Source: Candidatus Latescibacterota bacterium
Lineage (GTDB): Bacteria > Latescibacterota > UBA2968 > GCA-2709665
Direction: 5' to 3'
Length of the DNA: 64,000 nucleotides
NCBI GenBank assembly: GCA_965208835.1
Contig: OZ242358.1
Span: 3,136,001-3,200,000, forward strand
Notes under the pieces: generated by a model
The model's input: only the letters and a program-made list of their open reading frames with translations
Database searches by the model: none
What the model was told of the DNA's origin: nothing
Position numbers and translations under genes: made by a program
Shown here: piece by piece, positions 10,014 to 19,669 of the stretch
Layout of the letters: every line of letters starts with the position of its first letter
Position numbering within the stretch: position 1 is the first letter of the stretch

Positions 10014-11825
10014 ATGTGCGCATGCTTTCAATCCGCCAGACGCAAAACGAAACTGACGTTCATCGCTCTGATTCCACACCTGCTGTCCGGTTTCGCGCTC
10101 CGTGCGCAGGAATCCCTGAATCCGGAAACCACGGAAACGTACCTGGCCGTTTTGAGGGACCTGGACGGACGGGTGATCAACATCAACAGGGCCAGCCTCG
10201 AGGACCTGCGGGCGCTGCCCTGGTTTTCGCCGGAACTGGCCCGCGATGTCATCACCTATCGCAGACGGTCCGGACCGTTCACACGCCTCGGCGACCTCCT
10301 GAGGGTTCCCGGCGTCACGTCCGAGATCCTCGCCGCCGTCCGGCCCTACCTGACCGTATCTTCACGGCGGGGTCCCAGCGTCCGGACGTCGCTGAGGATC
10401 ACCCGTCCGACGAACCATCCCGACTCCTGGGCCAACCTGCGGCTCTACCAGCGAACCGTGATCGCTGCACGGCGCGTGGAGGGCGTCTTCCTCACGGAAC
10501 GCGACCCCCTGGAATTACGGATCGCGGACTTCCTTACCGGATACGTTAGCGTTACCGCCGTGCCCGGCCTGCGGCGCCTGGTCGCGGGGGACTTCCGGCC
10601 GGGTTACGGACAGGGTCTCCTTTTCAGCAGACACAACCGATCCGCAACAGGCCTCGAGTGGGCCAGGCCGGCCAGCGTCCGGACCGTGGGTAATCGTTCC
10701 GCAATTGAATACGGCGCGCTCCGCGGCGTCTTTGCCGAAGGCCGGGCCGGCCGCGTCACGTGGACGGCCATGGGCGCGCGCAACCGGTGGGATGCCGCGA
10801 TCGACAGTTCCGGCGTTGCCGCAATACGTACCGCCGACCTGCACGTCACACAGACCCAGCGGGAACGCAGAGGCAGATTGCAGGAAAATCTGGTGGCCGT
10901 TCGATCCAGGGTCGAACTGCCGGTCGGCGGGATCGGCGCCACATTCGTCCGGACCACGTTCGCGCCTGCGCTGCAACACCTTCAACGCCAGCATTCAGCC
11001 GGAATGGACTGGGACCTGCGCGGAAGCCGGATGAATGTCTTCGGTGAAATCGCCGCATCGGAGAGAGAGACCGTCGCCTGGCTGACGGGCGCGCGCACGG
11101 AAGTCGATCGTCTCAAACTGGTGATGCTGGCACGCAGGTACCCGTCCGGGTTTTCAAGCCTGCGCGGCGGCCCGTTCTCCGCCTACAGCGGCAGGAACGA
11201 GTGGGGGCTGTTTAGCGGCGCGGTGTGGCGGCCGGGCCGGAAGACCCGGTTTCAGGCCACGCTCGACCGGTACGGCCGTGTCGCGCCCGAAGGCAAGTAC
11301 ACGCTGCCGGCGCGCGGCGAGCGATTTGCTTTCGATATGAGGCGTCGCCTCAACAGCGTCAGAGTGAGGCTGACGATCGGAACGCGTCGTCAGACGGTCT
11401 CGACTTCGGGTATTACAGGAACGCGACACCAGAGGCGCGCCCGTCTTCGCGTGACCGTGCCCCGCTCGTTCGCTCGCCTCAACCTGTGGCTGGAAGGCAC
11501 GGGCGCACGGTCACCGGTCCGTAAGAGCGGCGGCCGCGCCGGGGGTCTGGGCCTCCGCGTCCAGCGTGGGACAGGCCTGCGGGCCGACGCATGGCTGGCC
11601 ATGTTCGACGTGACCCACTTCGATTCACGGATCTATACGTTCGAGCCCGACGTATGGGGAGGCAGCCGCATGCAACTCCTGTCCGGGAACGGCCGTACGG
11701 CGGGAATCCGCATTACCTGCACCGGGTCACGGTTGCGCGTTGCTGTACGATACGCCATAAAGAACACCGGGAACGGTACATCGAACACCTGGGCGTCGCA
11801 GATCGAATTCGGCACGAGGAAGTAA
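10014..11825 (+). CDS. ComEA-like helix-hairpin-helix domain protein with probable beta-barrel C-terminus
   Basis: ININRASLEDLRALP...YRRRSGPFTRLGDLLRVPGV, then GDFRPGYGQGL and IYTFEPDV. Start uncertain: the ORF-track start lies in the MITE end. Confidence 0.8.
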   Translation: MCACFQSARRKTKLTFIALIPHLLSGFALRAQESLNPETTETYLAVLRDLDGRVININRASLEDLRALPWFSPELARDVITYRRRSGPFTRLGDLLRVPGVTSEILAAVRPYLTVSSRRGPSVRTSLRITRPTNHPDSWANLRLYQRTVIAARRVEGVFLTERDPLELRIADFLTGYVSVTAVPGLRRLVAGDFRPGYGQGLLFSRHNRSATGLEWARPASVRTVGNRSAIEYGALRGVFAEGRAGRVTWTAMGARNRWDAAIDSSGVAAIRTADLHVTQTQRERRGRLQENLVAVRSRVELPVGGIGATFVRTTFAPALQHLQRQHSAGMDWDLRGSRMNVFGEIAASERETVAWLTGARTEVDRLKLVMLARRYPSGFSSLRGGPFSAYSGRNEWGLFSGAVWRPGRKTRFQATLDRYGRVAPEGKYTLPARGERFAFDMRRRLNSVRVRLTIGTRRQTVSTSGITGTRHQRRARLRVTVPRSFARLNLWLEGTGARSPVRKSGGRAGGLGLRVQRGTGLRADAWLAMFDVTHFDSRIYTFEPDVWGGSRMQLLSGNGRTAGIRITCTGSRLRVAVRYAIKNTGNGTSNTWASQIEFGTRK

Positions 11826-11943
11826 CGCTCGCGGCAGGCATGCACATCCCATCAGGCGGACGGGTGGCATTTTTCGCTTTCTGAGGTCCGGATTTTTCCG
11901 TATTTTGCTCGCCGAGCGATCAACGCGGGCATCCACAACCTTA

Positions 11944-12105
11944 GAAGCCGTCTTAAAATTCCCAGCGGTCTTCGCACGGCTGCAAAAGCGCCGGTCGGCG
12001 TTGGTCAAACCCACCCGTATAGACAAATATGGGCGGGTTTTCCCGCCTTGACCGCCACTTTTTCGCTCGTGCTCGGGAACTCACCGGTAATTTTAAAACG
12101 GCTTC
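11944..12105 (+). mobile_element. MITE family A copy 1
   Basis: TIR GAAGCCGTCTTAAAATT...AATTTTAAAACGGCTTC, flanks TTA/TGA. Four copies in the window. Confidence 0.9.
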
Positions 12106-12178
12106 TGAATACAATTGCCGGCAGGGACAATGTGCGCCCGCCGGCAATTTCAATTCTCCGGAAACGGTCGATCAGGAC

Positions 12179-13219
12179 ATGATGAAGAGAATCAATTTAC
12201 GATCCTGGATTTCGCTGGTCCCGCTGTGCGGGGCGTTGCTGGCCGGCTGCGGCCCCCGGCTGCCCGAATCGGTAGGGCCCGCGCAGGAGATACTGGTCCT
12301 GATCGATCAGGCCGACCGCGAATTCCTGGAGCCGCATTTGAAAGAGGTATTCGAAAAAGTCCTGTATACACCCCAGGAAGAGAAAATCTTCAGGCTGCAG
12401 TTCGAAGATGTGGCCAATTTGGACAGGTTCAAGAACAAGAGGCGCAAGAACATCCTGGTTATCGCCGAGCTGGATGCTCCCCATGCCACCGCGGGCTTCC
12501 TGAGAAGCATACTGGGCCCCAACGTGCAAAACGCCGTGAGGGGGAAACGGACCGCCGTATTCTGGAAAGAGGACGTATGGGCAAAGGAACAGCTTCTCAT
12601 GGCGGTGTCCGGGGCAGATAGCGCCGCGCTCGTGGACAACCTCCGTATGGAGGCGGACCGGCTTTACGAACGTGTCGAAGACGTCCGCAACGAGCGGATT
12701 CGACGGTTGATTTATCGGTATGGCGAACGGAAGGACGTCACAGAGCGGCTTGGCAGGGAATTCGGCTGGCAGGTGCGGGTGGCCTTCGGATACCGCGTCC
12801 TGGAGGCCTATCCCGACAGCGGTTTCGTGGTCCTGACCAAGGAGGAACCCAACCGGTGGCTGTTCGTCTACTGGGAGGACGGCATTTCACCCGACGAACT
12901 CACGGAGGAATGGTGCATCCGGAAACGAAACGATATAACAAAGAGGTTTTTTGAACAGGACCGGATTGTACCTGACCACCTGGAAATCGGCCAGGCCGAG
13001 TTCGCCGGCAAACTGGCGTTTGTCATGCAGGGCCTTTGGGAAAACAGGAAAAAATGGGCCGGGGGCCCATTCAAGGGTTACGCGTTCGTGGACGTGGAGA
13101 CAGACCGGTTCTACTACATCGACTGCGGTGTGTATTCACCGAACAAACGCAAAGAGCCCTATCTTCGCCAGATCGACCTCATGGCAAGGTCCTTCACCCA
13201 GGTGGAATCGACACCCTGA
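12179..13219 (+). CDS. DUF4837-like lipoprotein
   Basis: Lipobox LLAGC, YTPQEE, DVWAKEQ, GLWE...GGPF, YSPNKRK. Confidence 0.8.
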   Translation: MMKRINLRSWISLVPLCGALLAGCGPRLPESVGPAQEILVLIDQADREFLEPHLKEVFEKVLYTPQEEKIFRLQFEDVANLDRFKNKRRKNILVIAELDAPHATAGFLRSILGPNVQNAVRGKRTAVFWKEDVWAKEQLLMAVSGADSAALVDNLRMEADRLYERVEDVRNERIRRLIYRYGERKDVTERLGREFGWQVRVAFGYRVLEAYPDSGFVVLTKEEPNRWLFVYWEDGISPDELTEEWCIRKRNDITKRFFEQDRIVPDHLEIGQAEFAGKLAFVMQGLWENRKKWAGGPFKGYAFVDVETDRFYYIDCGVYSPNKRKEPYLRQIDLMARSFTQVESTP

Positions 13220-13222
13220 ATC

Positions 13223-13251
13223 TTGCTTTTCACTCGGGAAGACGGTATAAT
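13223..13251 (+). promoter_or_regulatory. Sigma70-type promoter
   Basis: TTGCTT-17-TATAAT upstream of the DUF502 gene. Confidence 0.6.
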
Positions 13252-13304
13252 TCGAAGCGGAATTCATCCAGGAAACGGAACGGCGCCCGCGGAGCAGAAG
13301 ATCG

Positions 13305-14003
13305 ATGGGAGAGCACAAACGTATTTCAAGTCTGGGTAAACGCGCGCGGATGAGCTTTCGCGGTACGCTTATTGCCGGGATCGCGCTTCTGGTGCCGGTC
13401 GTGGTTACGTTTATCGTTCTCCAGATCATCTTTCAGTGGATCGACGGTCTGGCTCAGCCGCTGGTGAAGCGCATTTTTCAGACCACAGACGATGTCTTCG
13501 GGCTGGGGCTCGTCCTGACGCTCATCCTGATCTGGCTTGCCGGCTTGCTGGCCGGCAATGTATTCGGCAAACGCCTCATTGGCATGGGAGACGACCTTAT
13601 AAAGCGGCTTCCGGTAATCGGCAGCATCTACGGTCCGGTAAAACAGTTCATGGAATCGGTCGTCTCACCGGACGAAGACAGGGGTTTCAACCGGGTCGTA
13701 CTCGCCGAATATCCATCCGACGGGCTCTGGATTCTGGGTTTTGCAACGGGAGATATTCCGATGGACGACGAGGGCCGGATCGGTCGTTGCGTGTTTATTC
13801 CGACCTCGCCAAATCCGGCCACCGGCTGGTCGGTTGTGTTTCCACCCGAAAAGGTGCGAAACGTCTCGCTCACGGTGGAAGAGGCGATGCAGATGATCGT
13901 CTCGGCGGGGGTCGTGATTCCGGATGCGCTGAAAACCGCGCCTGCGGACGAGCCGGACGCCGCCCTTACGAACCTGCCCTCCGCTGCAGGACGGTCCGAT
14001 TAG
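13305..14003 (+). CDS. DUF502 family membrane protein
   Basis: Two TM helices, RLPVIGSIY, VVLAEYP, VFIPTSPNPATG. Confidence 0.88.
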   Translation: MGEHKRISSLGKRARMSFRGTLIAGIALLVPVVVTFIVLQIIFQWIDGLAQPLVKRIFQTTDDVFGLGLVLTLILIWLAGLLAGNVFGKRLIGMGDDLIKRLPVIGSIYGPVKQFMESVVSPDEDRGFNRVVLAEYPSDGLWILGFATGDIPMDDEGRIGRCVFIPTSPNPATGWSVVFPPEKVRNVSLTVEEAMQMIVSAGVVIPDALKTAPADEPDAALTNLPSAAGRSD

Positions 14004-14033
14004 GAACCTGGCGCCCGGACCCGGACGGGTCTG

Positions 14034-14438
14034 TCAGGTCTCGAAATCGTCAACGTCGTTAAACGCTTCCAGGGTGTCGACGTCTTCCCGGACCAGTGCC
14101 AGTATCGAGTTGTGTGGAATAATCAGGTATTTCTCGCCCTCGAACTTGATCTCCATCGCCATCTTTTTCATGAACAGGGCATAATCGCCAACCTGAGCCT
14201 GCATCGGAAGGTACTTGGGTTCGTCCGGTACGCTCCGCCAGGGCTCGTCGTCGACGTCGTGCGGCTGCGGCAGCGGCATGCCCGGACCCGTCAGCATAAT
14301 CCTCCCGCCCTGGACCTCCTCCTTTTCGACGACCGTCTGCGGCAGGTACAGGCCAACCTCGGTGCGTTCCTGGAGCTCCTCCTGCTTGACCAGGACCCGA
14401 TCCCCCACAATAATCAGTTCCTTATTTCCCATTTTCAT
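14034..14438 (-). CDS. groES: GroES-family co-chaperone (solo, no adjacent groEL)
   Basis: VGDRVLVK...TEVGLYLP...GPG...QVGD...IKFEGEKYLII. Confidence 0.85.
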   Translation of the reverse strand: MKMGNKELIIVGDRVLVKQEELQERTEVGLYLPQTVVEKEEVQGGRIMLTGPGMPLPQPHDVDDEPWRSVPDEPKYLPMQAQVGDYALFMKKMAMEIKFEGEKYLIIPHNSILALVREDVDTLEAFNDVDDFET

Positions 14439-14471
14439 AGGACATCCCTCCTGGTTTCGGTATTATCTGAG

Positions 14472-14557
14472 TGCCGGAGGCCGGACTCGAACCGGCACGG
14501 GCTTATCGGCCCGGGGGATTTTAAGTCCCCTATGTCTACCAATTCCATCACTCCGGC
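14472..14557 (-). tRNA. tRNA-Leu (TAA); CCA not encoded
   Basis: GCCGGAG acceptor stem, anticodon arm GGGGA-CTTAAAA-TCCCC, long variable arm, GGTTCGAGTCC. Confidence 0.96.
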
Positions 14558-14567
14558 ACCGGAATCG

Positions 14568-14596
14568 AAAATAGCCAACCGCCGGTTCATTGTCAA
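14568..14596 (-). promoter_or_regulatory. Sigma70-type promoter of tRNA-Leu
   Basis: TTGACA-17-TATTTT. Confidence 0.65.
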
Positions 14597-14647
14597 GCGT
14601 GATTATACGTTTCTCCTACTTCCAAAAAAAACAACGACTAATCTTAA

Positions 14648-14807
14648 GAAGCTGTCTTAAAACCCCCATCGGTCTTCGCGCGGCTGCAAGAGCGTCGGTC
14701 TGCGTTGGTCAAATCCACCCGTATACCAAATATGGGCGAATTTGCCCGCCTTGACCGACACATTTTCGCGCGCGCTCGGGACTCACCAGGAATTTTAAAA
14801 CAGCTTC
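14648..14807 (+). mobile_element. MITE family A copy 2 (between the tRNAs)
   Basis: TIR GAAGCTGTCTTAAAA...TTTTAAAACAGCTTC, perfect TAA duplication. Confidence 0.9.
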
Positions 14808-14838
14808 TAATAAGACAGTCGCTGGCCCATCCGTAAAA

Positions 14839-14913
14839 TGGAGGCGGCGGGCGGATTCGAACCGCCGAATAGGGGCTTTGCAGGCCCTTGCCTTACCACT
14901 TGGCCACGCCGCC
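14839..14913 (-). tRNA. tRNA-Cys (GCA); CCA encoded
   Basis: GGCGGCG acceptor stem, anticodon loop CTGCAAA, GGTTCGAATCC, 3' TCCA. Confidence 0.96.
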
Positions 14914-14928
14914 TCGCTCTATGATTTG

Positions 14929-14957
14929 AAAATACAACACCCGTGCGCCGTTGTCAA
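14929..14957 (-). promoter_or_regulatory. Sigma70-type promoter of tRNA-Cys
   Basis: TTGACA-17-TATTTT. Confidence 0.65.
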
Positions 14958-14992
14958 GCCTGTCGCACGGTTTTGGGGGAGTTTCGGGCCGG

Positions 14993-15637
14993 TTACCGGC
15001 TTGCCCAGAGCATCCCCCGTCTCTGAATCTCGCGCGCTTCGGGCACGTCGAAATCCCGCGCCACGTGCCCCAGCGACGAGTAGAACACCCGTCCCTCGCC
15101 CCACATCCGCTTCCAGACCACCGGCATTACGCAACCGTTTACCCACGGCGCCACCGTCGTCTGGAAAGTCGTGGTCGCCAACACGCGGTTCGATGGGTCC
15201 ACGTGCATGTAATACTGCTCCGAATGCATTTTGAAGTCCTGAATCCCACGCGTAATCGGGTCCTCGCGGTCCACGACGTTCACCTCGTAGTCGATGACGC
15301 CGCCGGGATGCGACACCCACTGGCCGCCAACCATGAACTGGTATTCGGTGTGGTTTCGGAATGCGTCCGCCATTCCGCCATGCCAGCCGGCTATCCCTGC
15401 GCCGTTCCTGACCGCCGTGAGCAACCCCTCCTCCTGCGACCGTTCGATGGTTCCCATCGTCCAGATCGGAACCACAAGACTCAGTTCCGCCATGAGGTCG
15501 GCATCCAGATACACGTCCATCGTATCCGAAAGCGTCACGTCAAATCCCTCCCCTGCGAGGATCGGCGCGAAAATGTCCACACACTGTCTGGGCTCGTGCC
15601 CCTCCCAGCCGCCGTACACCATCAATGCTTTCTTCAT
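14993..15637 (-). CDS. ThuA-like domain protein
   Basis: [16 protein letters not shown]...GWHGG...GGQWVSHPG...SEQYY...[13 protein letters not shown]. Confidence 0.88.
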   Translation of the reverse strand: MKKALMVYGGWEGHEPRQCVDIFAPILAGEGFDVTLSDTMDVYLDADLMAELSLVVPIWTMGTIERSQEEGLLTAVRNGAGIAGWHGGMADAFRNHTEYQFMVGGQWVSHPGGVIDYEVNVVDREDPITRGIQDFKMHSEQYYMHVDPSNRVLATTTFQTTVAPWVNGCVMPVVWKRMWGEGRVFYSSLGHVARDFDVPEAREIQRRGMLWASR

Positions 15638-15739
15638 ATCTTCCCCAATGTACGCTTTGAAATCAATCCGGCGCAATGGTTTGAGACGAGTGCTTCAACG
15701 GGCAGGGCCGCCAGAGCGTCGAACGTCTTTGATTTCCGC

Positions 15740-16972
15740 TCAGGACCAGCCGCGTACCATATACGTTTGCAGCGTGCCGCTTTCGTCTGAATTGAAAAAC
15801 CCCGAACTTCCATCCGGCGCCAGGAAAGGATGAATATGGGTGTCCTTTCGCCAGGAGGACCCGGGGTTCGCAACCCTTCTTGCGTTCGACAACGCGCCAT
15901 CATCGGCCCCGGGTAGATCGAACAGCCAGACCGCGCCGCCCCCGTCCCTGGGGCCGGCATCCGTTATCAGGCGGCGTCCGGAGACGTCCGTGGCGAAGTG
16001 GTAGAAGTCCGGAACGTCGAAAGATCGGGACAGATCGTTTCGCCATCCCCCGGGCGTCCCGTTTCCGTGGTGCCCCGTGTGCGCCGCCGCTCGGCCTGAA
16101 ATGAGCTGCCTTTCGTCCGGCTCACGCGTGGACGTGCTGGTGATCGAGATGTCGGACCGCCCCTGCCAGCACTGGTGCCCCTGGCAGAATTCGTTCCCGT
16201 CGCGCCCCCAGGGGAAATCCCGGAGCGAGTTCCCATCGTCCCGGATCAGGTGGATATCGGCGCCCGTTCCGCCCGTGAGCTTCTCGATCCTGCCATCGGG
16301 GGACGCGACGTTGCCGTGGTTCTCCTGAATCATGATGTCGTGCGAGGCGTCCGGATCGGTCTGCCGCGTGTATTGGGGGTGGACATTGCACCAGGAGGTT
16401 CCACGAAAGACCAGCCGCGCGGACGGCTCATTGATTTCGAAGACGAGCAGTCCCCAGGTGGCGCCTTCGGTTCGGCCGTCCCCCAGAAATCCGGAGATCG
16501 CGATTCGCCTTCCGTCGGACGAAATGGTCGAGAGCGGATACGGACGGCTGAGCCGGAAATCCGTGCCCGGAACGGGATGGTCCAGGACGTAGATCACCTC
16601 GCGGCCCGACCCGTCCAGTCTCACCCGTTTGAGCGTGAGCGGTCCCGGATTCGCGGGGTCGGTTTCGTCGACAAAGTAATACAGCCAGTCGCCGTCGGGC
16701 GAGATGGAAGGGGCAGTCGTTCCCAATTCCGTCGTGAGGGGCGCCATGCGGCAGTGGTCCTCCAGGTCGCACACCAGGTACCGGTGCTCCGGGTCTTTCG
16801 GATTGGAACCGTGCGGATGCGCGGAGCGGTGGAGTACCAGCCGCCGCGAATCCGGCGTGAAAATCTGCGCTTCCATGTAAATGTGCGAGGACGGAATCGA
16901 CTCATCCGTCAGCTGAACGACCTCCAGATTGTCCTCCTCGGCCGCGGGAACGAGGTCCGGTCTGATTTTCAA
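15740..16972 (-). CDS. Beta-propeller protein, oligogalacturonate lyase/TolB-like
   Basis: HIYME...FTPDS, ISPDG, NVHPQY, GHQCW, HIHPFLAPDG...FNSD. Confidence 0.7.
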   Translation of the reverse strand: MKIRPDLVPAAEEDNLEVVQLTDESIPSSHIYMEAQIFTPDSRRLVLHRSAHPHGSNPKDPEHRYLVCDLEDHCRMAPLTTELGTTAPSISPDGDWLYYFVDETDPANPGPLTLKRVRLDGSGREVIYVLDHPVPGTDFRLSRPYPLSTISSDGRRIAISGFLGDGRTEGATWGLLVFEINEPSARLVFRGTSWCNVHPQYTRQTDPDASHDIMIQENHGNVASPDGRIEKLTGGTGADIHLIRDDGNSLRDFPWGRDGNEFCQGHQCWQGRSDISITSTSTREPDERQLISGRAAAHTGHHGNGTPGGWRNDLSRSFDVPDFYHFATDVSGRRLITDAGPRDGGGAVWLFDLPGADDGALSNARRVANPGSSWRKDTHIHPFLAPDGSSGFFNSDESGTLQTYMVRGWS

Positions 16973-17156
16973 TTTACGATACCTCCGCTATATGGATATC
17001 TACGGCGCGAAACCGCAAAATACCGGGATCGGGATTCACAGGATGAATTCGTGCGCACCACGCCGCGCAAAGACAGTTGTGTTATGGGCAGACAGTCAAC
17101 GTATATTACCTCAACCTCAGTCGATGAACCGTACGTTTTCCCGAAAGGACATTCCC

Positions 17157-17534
17157 ATGAAGAAACGACCGTTCACCAGTTCGAAGGGGAACATCCCCAA
17201 GTTCCCCTACTCGCAGGCCATTATATACGGCGACCTGATATTCATATCCGCCCAGCCTCCCGTGGACCCGGAAACGGGAGAAGTGGATTCCGGCGACGTG
17301 AACGCCCAGACCCGCCGACTCCTCACCAACGTATCCGGCATCCTCGAGGACGCGGGCACCTCGCTGGACAACGTGCTCAAGGTCACCGTGTTCCTCAAAG
17401 ACCGGTCGTTGTTTTCGGATTTCAACGACGCCTACGCCGGTTTCTTCCCGGAAAACCCGCCGGCGCGGTCACCGGTCTTCACCGACACCGGCGACTATCT
17501 TGTCACGATGGACTTTATCGCCGGCATGGATTGA
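17157..17534 (+). CDS. RidA/YjgF family enamine deaminase
   Basis: PYSQAI, LEDAGTSLDNVLKVTVFL, PPARS. AGGA RBS. Confidence 0.9.
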   Translation: MKKRPFTSSKGNIPKFPYSQAIIYGDLIFISAQPPVDPETGEVDSGDVNAQTRRLLTNVSGILEDAGTSLDNVLKVTVFLKDRSLFSDFNDAYAGFFPENPPARSPVFTDTGDYLVTMDFIAGMD

Positions 17535-17561
17535 GTACCGGGACGGACGCTGGCTGCCGGA

Positions 17562-18581
17562 CTATTCACCGCGATTGGCTTTCGCGCGTTTCGTTCCGGC
17601 CAGGCGCGCGCCCAGGCGCAGGGTGCTGAGCATATTGGCCTCGTTCGCGACGCCCTTGCCCGCTATATCGAACGCGGTGCCGTGGTCGACGGAGACCCGG
17701 ACGACGGGCAGGCCCAGCGTCACGTTCACCGCATCGTGGAACGCCACCAGCTTGACCGGCGCGTGACCCTGGTCGTGGTACATCGCCACCACCCCGTCGA
17801 AGCCGCCGTTGTACGCCTTCAGAAAAACCGTATCCGCGGGAAGCGGCCCGGTTACCCGCATCCCCCCGGCGTTCGCCCGTTGAACGGCCGGCAGGATCAC
17901 GTCCGCGTCTTCTCTTCCAAGGATTCCCGCTTCACCAGCGTGAGGATTCAAGCCGCACACGGCAATGCGGGGATGCGGCCGGCCCATATCCGCAAGCGCA
18001 TCGTTCAGCAGTCTGATGGTGCCGAGAACGCGTGCTTCGTTCAACCGCTCCGGCACCTGTTCCAGCGCCACGTGTCCCGTAACGTGGGCTACGTTAAGGC
18101 GTTCCGAGGCCAGCATCAGGCGTACGTCCGGCACGCCCAGACGCTCCGCCAGCAGTTCCGTATGACCGGCATACGGGAACCCCGCCCGGTTCATCGCCTC
18201 CTTGTTCAGAGGCGCCGTCGCGATCCCGTCGATTCGCCCTGCCGCAGCCAGGTCCGCCGCCCGGAACACCCATTCCACGGCCGCCCGGCCCGCTTCGGGA
18301 CACACGCAACCGGTCTCTATCCGTGCAAGTTCCAGGTCGACCGGCGCCCGGAGATCGATCTGTCCGAAGCAGTACTCGCCCGATTCGGGGTTGTCGACGC
18401 ACCGGACCTCGAGCCGCCGGCTTGCGTGCGCCAGGTTCGCGGCGAGTACTTCCGCGTCGCCGATCACCAGCGGACGACAGAACGCGTATACACTCGAATG
18501 GCTCAGCGCCTTGACGATCACCTCGGGGCCGATGCCGCAGACATCCCCCATCGTGATCCCCAGCAACGGACGCGATGTCAT
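17562..18581 (-). CDS. pdxA: PdxA-family 4-hydroxythreonine-4-phosphate dehydrogenase
   Basis: GITMGDVCGIGPEV, TAPLNKE, GHTE, GLNPHAGE, MYHDQG, SVDHGTAFDIAG. Confidence 0.92.
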   Translation of the reverse strand: MTSRPLLGITMGDVCGIGPEVIVKALSHSSVYAFCRPLVIGDAEVLAANLAHASRRLEVRCVDNPESGEYCFGQIDLRAPVDLELARIETGCVCPEAGRAAVEWVFRAADLAAAGRIDGIATAPLNKEAMNRAGFPYAGHTELLAERLGVPDVRLMLASERLNVAHVTGHVALEQVPERLNEARVLGTIRLLNDALADMGRPHPRIAVCGLNPHAGEAGILGREDADVILPAVQRANAGGMRVTGPLPADTVFLKAYNGGFDGVVAMYHDQGHAPVKLVAFHDAVNVTLGLPVVRVSVDHGTAFDIAGKGVANEANMLSTLRLGARLAGTKRAKANRGE

Positions 18582-18591
18582 TTCGAAACAC

Positions 18592-19455
18592 CTAACCCTT
18601 TTCAGGTCCCGAGGTTGCGTACACCTGCCGAGGAAATCCCCCGTAAGGATCTTTGCCAAGGAACATTCGCGTAAATCCCCTCTGTACGGAAAACCCGAAT
18701 TCCTCGGCCAACCCCGTCCCGTGCGGATTCTCCAGCGGCACGTCGAAGAAAACCGGTTCCCCGGCCAGCCTGTCCAACGCCCAGCAGAACAGCGACCTGC
18801 CCGCCCGCTCGTGGACCGCCGCCAGCGGACCGATCTGGTAGGCGTTGCTGCCGGGCCTGACCATCACGAATCCCTCGACCGTGCTGCCCTCCCCTGGGTA
18901 GACCCCGCACAAACCTCCTGAATCCCGGTACAGATACCTCAGCAGACCCTCCCGGCAAACGCCGAAACAGGGCGTATCGAAGGCAAACACGTCCGCAAGA
19001 TCCGTGTCCCGCATTTCTCGGACCGACGTCCACCTGCACGCCTTTCCGACTCCTTCCCGGCGCTCCAGCGCGTATTCGTCGCGGAACCCCAGCGGCACGT
19101 ACACCTGCCGTCCCATGGGTGTCGCGTCCAGCTTGATCGTGTCCACGCCGCTGGACTGCAGGTGGGCAATCCCGTGCCGCAGCATCGCGGTACCAATACC
19201 CTGCCGCCGACGCTCGGGCGGCACCAGCACCATCGCGACCCACCCGCAGACCCCGTCGAACGTCACCGTCACCACCGTGCCTGCCGGCTCGCTCCCGATC
19301 TCGGCGACAAAACAGCCGCCGGGCGAAAGCGCCAGAAAACGCTGCCAGTCCGCTTCGACCTGATTCCAGCCGGCCAGCGTCTTGAACCGCATGCCCGTCG
19401 CGACATCTTCAGACGTCATCTGCCGGATACGAAGGCTATTTCCGATATCGGACAC
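18592..19455 (-). CDS. GNAT acetyltransferase (two-domain)
   Basis: GWNQ...DW, RRQGIG, LDATPMG..VY..LGF, IGPL. GTG start with GGAGG. Confidence 0.85.
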   Translation of the reverse strand: MSDIGNSLRIRQMTSEDVATGMRFKTLAGWNQVEADWQRFLALSPGGCFVAEIGSEPAGTVVTVTFDGVCGWVAMVLVPPERRRQGIGTAMLRHGIAHLQSSGVDTIKLDATPMGRQVYVPLGFRDEYALERREGVGKACRWTSVREMRDTDLADVFAFDTPCFGVCREGLLRYLYRDSGGLCGVYPGEGSTVEGFVMVRPGSNAYQIGPLAAVHERAGRSLFCWALDRLAGEPVFFDVPLENPHGTGLAEEFGFSVQRGFTRMFLGKDPYGGFPRQVYATSGPEKG

Positions 19456-19534
19456 ACACCCTCCGGCGGAACCCATCTGCCCACGCTGTCCGCATCCGAC
19501 CGCGCGAGCCTGGGAAAGTCCTGCCATTCACCCG

Positions 19535-19563
19535 TTGACACGTGGGCCCATACGCCTCATATT
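19535..19563 (+). promoter_or_regulatory. Sigma70-type promoter
   Basis: TTGACA-17-CATATT. Confidence 0.55.
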
Positions 19564-19669
19564 ATCGCCACTTTCAGCCCCGTACGCAACAGCCGGACGT
19601 CGATTCCGCGTTCGAATCACACCGTCGCCACATCCTTAAAACCTCGCGCAGGAGCCTGGGTCCCACTCC

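Noticed and set aside
12029-12178. N-terminal extension MGGFSRLDRHFFARAR (similar peptides at 35638 and 49268-49852)
   Set aside because: Translation of MITE family A, not a protein domain. The lipoprotein start is at 12179 or 12182.
14472-14913. tRNAs as a genomic-island attachment site
   Set aside because: No integrase seen and no duplicated tRNA 3' end noticed in the window.
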